DNA of 64,000 nt from Candidatus Daviesbacteria bacterium (lineage in GTDB: Bacteria > Patescibacteriota > Microgenomatia > Daviesbacterales > UBA10151). The translations under genes were made by a program, and so were the position numbers. Shown in pieces: positions 26,344 to 33,484 of the stretch. Under the pieces are notes generated by a model that was not told the origin of the DNA, ran no database searches, and saw nothing but the letters and a program-made list of their open reading frames with translations. The stretch spans positions 113,104 through 177,103 of the forward strand of contig JACOXI010000003.1 of NCBI GenBank assembly GCA_016176335.1, written 5' to 3'. Numbering within the stretch: position 1 is the stretch's first letter; every line of letters starts with the position of its first letter.

Positions 26344-27660
26344 TTAATTTGTAATTCTGTTTTTTATCTCAATAAGCATCCGCTGTACTTCTCTGTCTGT
26401 GGCGACAAGTTTTTTTATCTTGTCCCTGCCGTGCATGACAGTGGTATGGTCCCTGCCGCCTAAAATTTGTCCGATTCTTTCAACAGTCATTTTAAGATGT
26501 TCGCTTAAGATAAACATGGTGATGTGTCTTGGTAAGACCAACTCTTTTTGTCTTTTGGAGCCGGCCAGTTCTTTTTGAGTCAGGTTGAAGTAACCGCATA
26601 CTGTTGCCAAGACCTGTTTAGAGTCAACCTTGGGGTTGTTTTTGGGGGGGCTTTGTAAATACCTGCCTATATTTTCTGTTGTAGGAGGTAAATTTTGAGT
26701 TTTTAACATCTGTAAAATCCCAACAAGTTTCCCCTCAAGCTCTCTGATATTGGTATCAAAAGATGAGGCTAAAAGCTGCAGGGCTTCTTCTTCCAAAATT
26801 ACTCCTTGTTCCAAGCATTTTGCCCGGAGAATTGCCACCCGGGTGTCAAAATCAGGTTGTTGTATATCAATCATTAAGCCTCCGGCAAAGCGTGATTTTA
26901 ATCTGTCTTCGATTTTTGCTATTTCGTTGGGAGATCTGTCAGATGTTAAAACTATCTGGGAGTTTTTGCCGATTAGTTCGTTAAATGTATGAAAAAACTC
27001 CTCCTGTGTTCCTTCTCTGCCTGAAAAGAATTGGATGTCATCTACCAACAGAACATCCGAAGAACGGTATTTTTTTCTTAAATCCCCCATTTTATGAGTT
27101 TGTATGGCCTCAACATAATCGTTCATAAATTTTTCAGAAGAGCAGTAAATAATTTTGCCATGAGGTTTCTTAGATAAAATTGCATTGCCGATACCAAGCA
27201 TAAGATGCGTTTTGCCAACACCGGTTCCGCCATAAATAAACAAAGGATTGTATGATGCTCCGGGGCTTGTGACAACTGCCAAAGCTGCGGCATATGCAAC
27301 ATTGTTGGAAGGCCCCACCACAAAATTTTCCAAGCTATATTTGGGGTTTAGGTAAGAAGTTTGCCTTTGTGCCGGCTGGAAAAAATCTTCATCGTTCGTT
27401 TCTGGTTGTTTATCAACCTCTTTTACAATAAACTCAACATTTATTTTTTTATCTAAAAGTTTTTCAAAAGTATCCGCAATAATTTCTTTATATTTTTGCT
27501 GCAGAGTTTCTTTTATAAAAGCTGAAGGCGTGCTTAAAATAATTTTGTCCCCCACATAACTTTTTACAGTGGTTTTTATAAAATAGGCCTTAAAATTATC
27601 AGCTCCTGCCAAGGGTTTGATAAGTTGTAAAAATTTATGCCAGAGCCTTAAATTATCCAT
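26344..27660 (-). CDS. dnaA: Chromosomal replication initiator DnaA
   Basis: 438 aa. AAA+ Walker A GGTGVGKTHLMLGIGNAI and Walker B LLVDDIQFFSG. C-terminal DNA-binding helix-turn-helix. Confidence 0.95.
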   Translation of the reverse strand: MDNLRLWHKFLQLIKPLAGADNFKAYFIKTTVKSYVGDKIILSTPSAFIKETLQQKYKEIIADTFEKLLDKKINVEFIVKEVDKQPETNDEDFFQPAQRQTSYLNPKYSLENFVVGPSNNVAYAAALAVVTSPGASYNPLFIYGGTGVGKTHLMLGIGNAILSKKPHGKIIYCSSEKFMNDYVEAIQTHKMGDLRKKYRSSDVLLVDDIQFFSGREGTQEEFFHTFNELIGKNSQIVLTSDRSPNEIAKIEDRLKSRFAGGLMIDIQQPDFDTRVAILRAKCLEQGVILEEEALQLLASSFDTNIRELEGKLVGILQMLKTQNLPPTTENIGRYLQSPPKNNPKVDSKQVLATVCGYFNLTQKELAGSKRQKELVLPRHITMFILSEHLKMTVERIGQILGGRDHTTVMHGRDKIKKLVATDREVQRMLIEIKNRITN

Positions 27661-27680
27661 GGTTCGGTAAACTCTTCACA

Positions 27681-27713
27681 TGTGTGGAAAACTTATCCAC
27701 AATTTAATCCACA
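27681..27713. promoter_or_regulatory. DnaA-box cluster upstream of dnaA (TTTTCCACA on minus strand, TTATCCACA, TAATCCACA)
   Basis: Consensus 9-mers at 27682-27690 (reverse complement), 27693-27701 and 27705-27713. Likely a dnaA autoregulation site or an alternative oriC half. Confidence 0.55.
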
Positions 27714-27815
27714 AAATAAAAAGAGGCAATATGCAGAAACTATTAAAAAGTAGATCAAAAATTTTTATTAGGAAAATATTGGATAAACCACTAAAGTCTG
27801 TTATAATTTTTCTTG

Positions 27816-28085
27816 ATGGACGAATCGAAGCCTGTTGGAAGCCAACAAATAACGGTAAGAGTTCCGGATAGTGTTGGGGGTGGAGTTTACGCAACCGTGG
27901 TTAAAGTGAACATAACGGATAATGAGGTTGTATTAGATTTTATCTTCAATACAAATAATCCAGGGGAACAAGCAATGCTGGTTAGTAGGACTGTAGTTTC
28001 TATCAAGACGGCGCAGCAATTATCTGATATACTAGAAGCCCTTCTTAGGAAACGAGAGCATGCATTGAAAGGAGATGAAAAATGA
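27816..28085 (+). CDS. DUF3467-like small protein
   Basis: ITVRVPDSVGGGVYATVVKVNITDNEVVLDFIFNT...AMLVSRTVVSIKTAQQL fits the DUF3467 pattern (GVYaN...EFVlDF...vvSRi.mSp.hAk.L). ATG at 27816. An extended -10 TGTTATAAT lies at 27799-27807. Confidence 0.5.
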   Translation: MDESKPVGSQQITVRVPDSVGGGVYATVVKVNITDNEVVLDFIFNTNNPGEQAMLVSRTVVSIKTAQQLSDILEALLRKREHALKGDEK

Positions 28086-28300
28086 CACAAGTAATGATTG
28101 TACCTACGAATATCGGGAAAATAAACTATAAACCCTCTTTAAATCAATACACCCTTACATACCCAGCAGCAGTCGATCCTGAAACCCGCAAAGATTTAAG
28201 CGACAAAAAACACCTGTCTGCTGTTAAAAGCGCGAGAAAGGATTACGGAAAAGGATTATTAGTAGAAGAGGATAAGATTATTAAAAAGCTAAAGGGTTAA
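28082..28300 (+). CDS. Putative antitoxin partner of the downstream RelE/ParE-like toxin
   Basis: 72-aa ORF ending 10 nt upstream of the toxin gene. Assigned by operon context only. Confidence 0.4.
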   Translation: MTQVMIVPTNIGKINYKPSLNQYTLTYPAAVDPETRKDLSDKKHLSAVKSARKDYGKGLLVEEDKIIKKLKG

Positions 28301-28309
28301 CGGTTAAAA

Positions 28310-28582
28310 GTGACTGCTAATGATTTTCGAATCAATTATACAAAATCCTTTACTAAAAATTTATTCAAATTAGTTAAAGGTGATCCCCCGCTAAATAAAA
28401 AATTTTTAAAAGCAATTGGTAAGCTAAAAAGAGATCCTTACCAAGGACAAAGACTTGAGGATGTAAGCTTAGGCGAGAGACGTATTTGGGTAGGAGATAA
28501 TTATAGACTCTTTTATGATATTGAGGGAGGAGATATCGTTTTACTTTATCTAAAGAAGAAAGATAAAAAGACTTACAGGTGA
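28310..28582 (+). CDS. RelE/ParE-family type II toxin
   Basis: 90 aa. C-terminal RIWVGDNYRLFYDIEGGDIVLLYLKKKDKKTY matches the RelE/ParE core (RIxxGDYRhhYxI.....I.hL.h.hRKD.Y). Confidence 0.7.
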   Translation: MTANDFRINYTKSFTKNLFKLVKGDPPLNKKFLKAIGKLKRDPYQGQRLEDVSLGERRIWVGDNYRLFYDIEGGDIVLLYLKKKDKKTYR

Positions 28583-28618
28583 TTGATTTTTTTCAAGTAA
28601 GTTTGTAAACTTACGCAT

Positions 28619-28756
28619 ATGCCAAAGAGAACGTATCAGCCTAAAAAATTAAAAAGAAAAAGAAAACACGGTTTCCGCTCAAGGATGGCAACCCGGGACG
28701 GAGCTAAAGTTTTACAAAGAAGAAGAGCCCGCGGCAGGAGAAAGTTAACAGTCTGA
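28619..28756 (+). CDS. rpmH: 50S ribosomal protein L34
   Basis: Translation [45 protein letters not shown] (45 aa). It is below the ORF-track cutoff and was found by manual translation. Directly precedes rnpA. Confidence 0.85.
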   Translation: MPKRTYQPKKLKRKRKHGFRSRMATRDGAKVLQRRRARGRRKLTV

Positions 28757-29094
28757 TGCTTCCAAAATCCAAACGCCTTAACCTCAAAAAAGATTTTAAA
28801 TGGGTTGCATCTGGCAAAAAAATAGAAAGCAAGTACGCAAAACTTTTTATTAAGATCGGGGATAATACAAATCCTCGGGTTAGTATTGCTGTTTCATCCA
28901 GTCTTTTTAAAAAAGCGACTGAACGAAACAGAGCTAGACGACTTGTTGCCGAAGCTTTCCATAATACATACTACTTACTACCTAATACTATTAATATAGT
29001 GGCTCTTCCCAAACATAAGGTACTTGAGGTAAAATCATCTGACGTGTTTTTGGATTTGCAGAAACTATTAAAGGATGAAAAGATTATTGGGTAG
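28756..29094 (+). CDS. rnpA: RNase P protein component
   Basis: 112 aa, basic. Start overlaps the rpmH stop (TGATG). Canonical rpmH-rnpA-yidD-yidC order. Confidence 0.85.
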   Translation: MLPKSKRLNLKKDFKWVASGKKIESKYAKLFIKIGDNTNPRVSIAVSSSLFKKATERNRARRLVAEAFHNTYYLLPNTINIVALPKHKVLEVKSSDVFLDLQKLLKDEKIIG

Positions 29095-29275
29095 TTTAAT
29101 TTCGGTTTATCAAACTTATCTTTCTTTTGACAGAGGGCTGCTGTCTGTATTTGCTCCGGGAGGTGCTTGTAGATTTTCTCCAACTTGTTCGGAGTACACA
29201 AAACTGATGATCGGGGAATTCGGGGCATTCAGAGGAAGTTGGATGGGGTTAAAAAGACTGTGGAGGTGTCGTTAA
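29075..29275 (+). CDS. yidD: Membrane protein insertion efficiency factor YidD
   Basis: 66 aa. FAPGGACRFSPTCSEYTKLMIGEFGAFRGSWMGLKRLWRC is the conserved YidD core. Confidence 0.85.
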   Translation: MKRLLGSLISVYQTYLSFDRGLLSVFAPGGACRFSPTCSEYTKLMIGEFGAFRGSWMGLKRLWRCR

Positions 29276-29280
29276 TAAAA

Positions 29281-30126
29281 ATGGGCGGGATTGTTGATCT
29301 TTTTAATTTAGTTTTCATGGGGCCTGTAATCAATCTCTTGGTACTTATATTCCAGGGATTGCAAGCTGTGCATATTCCCGGAGCCCTGGGCTTTGCGATA
29401 GTAATTTTAACTGTTGCTATAAGGATTTTGGTGTGGCCTTTTATGTCAAGTCAGATCAAAGCTACAAAAAAAATGAGTGATTTAAAGCCTCACTTGGATG
29501 AGTTAAAGAAGCAACACAAAGACGACAAAAAAGCCTTAGCTTCTGCACAAATGGCTTTATATAAAGAGCACGGAGTCAATCCTGCCGGCGGTTGTTTGCC
29601 GGCTCTGATCCAAATTCCGGTATTCATTGCACTATATCAATCAATAATCAATATCTTGCCGGGGGCAGGTGGACATATTGATCGGATTAACTCGCTGTTG
29701 TATTTTCCGCAGTTGAAGCTTCCTGCAACTTTAGATCCTAATTTTTTAGGACTTAATTTAGGATTTAAGCCGTCTGAATTTGGGAACCATGGGGCGTATC
29801 TTCTTTTAGTCCCCCTTATTACAGCCCTTTTAACATTTGTTCAATCTAAAATGGCTTTGCCTGTACCGATCAAGCATCATGTGGGTGAACCGGCTAAGGA
29901 GACCAAAGAAAAAGAAGGACTGGAGGAGAGTATGGGTCAGGTGCAGTCGCAAATGGTTTATATGATGCCTTTGATGATTGGGTATTTTGCTTTCTCATTT
30001 CCAATAGGGCTTGCAATTTATTGGAATACATATACAATACTGGGAATTATCCAGCAGCATAGAATATCAGGCTGGGGAGGGATATCCGGCTTCGCTGGAA
30101 AGTTCAAAATTTTAAGCATAAAGTGA
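29281..30126 (+). CDS. yidC: Membrane protein insertase YidC (short Gram-positive-type form)
   Basis: ATG at 29281, after the yidD stop. Five TM helices and the conserved C-terminal region. In the rnpA-yidD-yidC operon. Confidence 0.85.
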   Translation: MGGIVDLFNLVFMGPVINLLVLIFQGLQAVHIPGALGFAIVILTVAIRILVWPFMSSQIKATKKMSDLKPHLDELKKQHKDDKKALASAQMALYKEHGVNPAGGCLPALIQIPVFIALYQSIINILPGAGGHIDRINSLLYFPQLKLPATLDPNFLGLNLGFKPSEFGNHGAYLLLVPLITALLTFVQSKMALPVPIKHHVGEPAKETKEKEGLEESMGQVQSQMVYMMPLMIGYFAFSFPIGLAIYWNTYTILGIIQQHRISGWGGISGFAGKFKILSIK

Positions 30127-30133
30127 AAAGTTT

Positions 30134-30646
30134 ATGGAACAGCAACTATCTGAAGTTTTAGATAATATATTGGGGTTGTTACTTCTTGAGGGAAGTTATG
30201 AAATAGAGGAGACCGAAGACGGATTTATTGTTTCCATAGAAACACAAGATGCAGGGAGGCTGATTGGGGTCAGGGGGGAATCTTTAGATGCTCTCCAGTT
30301 AATTATTAACCAAATTATGTCCCGTGGTCAAAAGATCGGTGAGTTTAAAAGGATGATTTTGGATGTTTCCGGTTGGAGAAAGCAGAGGGAAGAAGATTTA
30401 AAAAGGAGTGCAGAGGATTGGGGTAAACAAGTTCTGGATTCAGGTAAGGAAATGGAGCTTGAGCCAATGAGTTCTTGGCAAAGAAGAGTTGTGCATATGG
30501 TGGTGGGTGAGATGAAAGGATTGGAGACTGAAAGTTTGGGAGAGGGTAGAGACAGACATGTGGTGATAAAACTCAAATCTCAAAATTCAAAACTCAAAAC
30601 TAAAAAAGAAGAGCCAAATACAGATGCTGAAACTAAAGAAGATTGA
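30134..30646 (+). CDS. jag: Jag/KhpB-like RNA-binding protein (KH + R3H domains)
   Basis: RLIGVRGESLDALQLII (KH motif) and a C-terminal R3H-like region (WQRRVVHMVVGEM). Conserved partner immediately downstream of yidC. Confidence 0.8.
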   Translation: MEQQLSEVLDNILGLLLLEGSYEIEETEDGFIVSIETQDAGRLIGVRGESLDALQLIINQIMSRGQKIGEFKRMILDVSGWRKQREEDLKRSAEDWGKQVLDSGKEMELEPMSSWQRRVVHMVVGEMKGLETESLGEGRDRHVVIKLKSQNSKLKTKKEEPNTDAETKED

Positions 30647-31817
30647 AGGTTTTCTTCTCTTCCTAACAATCCTTTTTCTGCCAACACAACTGGGACGACA
30701 TTTTTGGCCGGAGTTTGCTTTCGTATATTCCCTGCCAATAGATTACCTATCTCCTACAATTTATTTTTGGGATGTGTTAGCTATTACGCTTTGTATTTTT
30801 TTCATCCTACAAAAAAAACATATTAATAGACTGGCTTTGAACTTGTTCTATTTTTTTATTTTGACTCAAACCTTATCCCTGTTGCAAAACTTCACCAACA
30901 CAGGTTCGGGGCTGGTCAGATTAGAACAATACCTGATAGCTGGTTTGTTTGGAGTTTATCTTGCTTCTTCAAAGTTGTCCGAAATAAGATCAGTAATTTT
31001 TTGGGCGTTGGCATTGTCCATATTAGGTGAAAGTATTTTGGCAATTGCACAATTTATAAAGGCGGGAACTTTAGGCCTTTGGATTTTGGGCGAAAGAACA
31101 TTTAGCATCTCAACTCCGGCGATTGCCAAGTTTGATTTTCATGGAAGCGAATTTTTAAGACCGTATGCCACTTTCCCCCACCCAAATGTGTTGGCTGCTT
31201 TTATGATAATCGGTATTTTGCTGATTGACCAATTGTCCCGAAAGGGTAGCTTAACAAAAACAGGTATTTTTATTGCAGCTTCCGCCACGACCATTTTGAG
31301 TTTTTCCAGAGTTTCAATAATGACACTTGTAGTTGTACTTGTTTCAGCTGGGAAAAGGTGGATCATTTTTGCGGCCCTCATATTTTTACTGGCCTCCCCC
31401 TTTTTGTATACTCGTTACTACTCCTTGCTTAATTTTGATAACTTGGCTTATTTTAGAAGAGAGGAGCTTTTAGAGATAAGTTTGAATCTTTTCAAACACT
31501 ATCCATTTTTTGGGGTGGGCTTGAATCAATTTATCATCGAGGCTTCGGATCAGATATTGGTAGGTCCGAACCGTTTTTTGCAACCGGTGCATAATATATT
31601 TCTTTTAACGCTCGCTGAAACAGGTGTAGTAGGGTTGGTAGGTCTTTTGGGCTTAATAGGTTATCCGGTCTTAAGACTTTTTAAACATAGGACTACAGTT
31701 TTGCTTTGGGGGACTGTTTTATTTCTAGGGTTGTTTGATCATTATTTTTTAACCTTACCCCAAGGTCAAAGAATGCTGTTTTTGGTATGGGGTTTAACTC
31801 TATCCGTGTTAAAATAA
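30624..31817 (+). CDS. O-antigen ligase/polymerase-like polytopic membrane protein
   Basis: 397 aa with about 10 TM helices and a periplasmic loop, matching the Wzy_C/O-antigen ligase family layout. Confidence 0.55.
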   Translation: MLKLKKIEGFLLFLTILFLPTQLGRHFWPEFAFVYSLPIDYLSPTIYFWDVLAITLCIFFILQKKHINRLALNLFYFFILTQTLSLLQNFTNTGSGLVRLEQYLIAGLFGVYLASSKLSEIRSVIFWALALSILGESILAIAQFIKAGTLGLWILGERTFSISTPAIAKFDFHGSEFLRPYATFPHPNVLAAFMIIGILLIDQLSRKGSLTKTGIFIAASATTILSFSRVSIMTLVVVLVSAGKRWIIFAALIFLLASPFLYTRYYSLLNFDNLAYFRREELLEISLNLFKHYPFFGVGLNQFIIEASDQILVGPNRFLQPVHNIFLLTLAETGVVGLVGLLGLIGYPVLRLFKHRTTVLLWGTVLFLGLFDHYFLTLPQGQRMLFLVWGLTLSVLK

Positions 31818-31831
31818 TTTTTAAGGCGCCA

Positions 31832-33028
31832 ATGTTTTTAAAAATCTTTCAGCAAACTTCTTGGCAAATTTTCGGTAAGGCAGTAACCGTTATCTCAACT
31901 TTTATTATTTTGGGAACAATCACCAGAAATTATGGTGAGGTGGGAACAGGGGTTATAACTTTGGCCTTAACCTACATAAATATGTTTTTTCTTCTGGCGG
32001 ATTTTGGATTAAATGCTCATATCCAAAGAACCATGGAGCATTTGGATAAGGATCAACAAGAGCAAATTTTTAGAAAGCTCTTAGGCACCAGATTACTGTG
32101 GGCTTGTGCTTTGGTTGTGTTATCAATGATTTTATTACCTTTTTTCAAATTCGCATCAGGACAATTTAGCGTCCTGGTAATTTTTGGCAGTCTGGCAATT
32201 GTCGGATCCGCTGTTTTTTTGACAGCAAATTTAATCTTCCAAAGAAAATTCAGATATGATCTGTCCATTTTGGCCTCAATTGCCGGAACCTTTATATATC
32301 TTGGGCTTGTGCTTTGGTTTGCACGATTCAGATTACCGCTGTATTTTTTAATACTCGCACAAACCATCAACTGGATTTTGACGGCTGTCATAGCTCTGAT
32401 TTTTATCAGAAAATTTTTTCGTACAATCACGCCTTGTTTTGACGGCAGTTTTATTTTGAAGGAAGTTAAAAGTGCTTGGCCAATAGGCATAACTTTAATT
32501 TTGAATGTTATATATTTTAGGGCTGATTCATTTATAATTGCCTACTTCCGTTCCGTTTCCGAATCGGGAATTTACAATGTGGCTTTTCAGTTTTTTCAAT
32601 CTGTTCTGGTTTTACCGGCATTTATTATGAATGCTTATTACCCAATGATGCTTAAATCTTTTAAAGACATAAAAATTGTAGGTCTGGGGCTTTTTGGTGC
32701 AGCATTTTTAGGTACACTCATAACTTTTATGTTCTCACCTGTGATTTTATCTGTTTTAACCGGAGGAGGTTTCGCTGGGTCTTCTCAAAGCTTACAAATT
32801 TTATCACTGGGATTTCCTGCATTTTTTTTATCAGCACTTTTTATGTGGATTTATGTAACTCGCGGGATGTATAAAAAATTATTTATAATTTATGCGTTCG
32901 GGCTTTTAGTAAACTTGGTTCTGAACTTTATATTTATTCCGCAGTATTCTTTTTATGCAGCTGCAACAACAACGGTTATTTCCGAGTACTTGATTTTGCT
33001 TTTGTTGGTTGTTAGTCTTTTTCTATGA
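31832..33028 (+). CDS. Polysaccharide biosynthesis/flippase-type transporter (MOP/Wzx-like)
   Basis: About 12 TM helices with the length and topology of the polysaccharide-biosynthesis protein family. ATG at 31832, preceded by AAGG. Confidence 0.6.
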   Translation: MFLKIFQQTSWQIFGKAVTVISTFIILGTITRNYGEVGTGVITLALTYINMFFLLADFGLNAHIQRTMEHLDKDQQEQIFRKLLGTRLLWACALVVLSMILLPFFKFASGQFSVLVIFGSLAIVGSAVFLTANLIFQRKFRYDLSILASIAGTFIYLGLVLWFARFRLPLYFLILAQTINWILTAVIALIFIRKFFRTITPCFDGSFILKEVKSAWPIGITLILNVIYFRADSFIIAYFRSVSESGIYNVAFQFFQSVLVLPAFIMNAYYPMMLKSFKDIKIVGLGLFGAAFLGTLITFMFSPVILSVLTGGGFAGSSQSLQILSLGFPAFFLSALFMWIYVTRGMYKKLFIIYAFGLLVNLVLNFIFIPQYSFYAAATTTVISEYLILLLLVVSLFL

Positions 33029-33438
33029 ATTTACATATATACACAGACGGTGCATCTCGGGGAAATCCCGGCCCTGCATCCTACGGATTTGTGGTTTTGG
33101 ACGGGATGGGAAATATATTACACAAAGAGGGTAGGGCAATTGGAATTACCACCAACAATGTGGCGGAATACACAGCAGTTTATGAAGCTTTAAAATTTGT
33201 CAAAAACAGCCTGCCTTCTAAATACTCCTCAATAATTTTAAAGGCAGACTCCAAATTAGTGGCCGAACAACTGTCAGGTAATTTTAAAGTTAAAAGCAAA
33301 CATTTAAAGCCGATCATTGAGCAGATTAAGATTTTAGCACTGGAGCTTGGCGGAATAACTTTTAGTCATATTCCTCGCCAGAAAAATGCTCTGGCAGATT
33401 CAATGGCGAATCGAGCTTTAGACTCCCCCACACTTTAG
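33025..33438 (+). CDS. rnhA: Ribonuclease HI
   Basis: IYTDGASRGNPGPASYGFVV, followed by conserved acidic catalytic residues. 137 aa. Confidence 0.85.
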   Translation: MNLHIYTDGASRGNPGPASYGFVVLDGMGNILHKEGRAIGITTNNVAEYTAVYEALKFVKNSLPSKYSSIILKADSKLVAEQLSGNFKVKSKHLKPIIEQIKILALELGGITFSHIPRQKNALADSMANRALDSPTL

Positions 33439-33484
33439 TTACTTATACCACTTTGTTATCTTTTAGCTATCTTGCAAATCTTAC

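Noticed and set aside
27680-27871. 63-aa basic ORF overlapping the DnaA-box cluster and the DUF3467 start
   Set aside because: It overlaps the regulatory DnaA boxes and the start of a better-supported gene in another frame. Lys-rich composition is expected from AT-rich DNA. No conservation cue.
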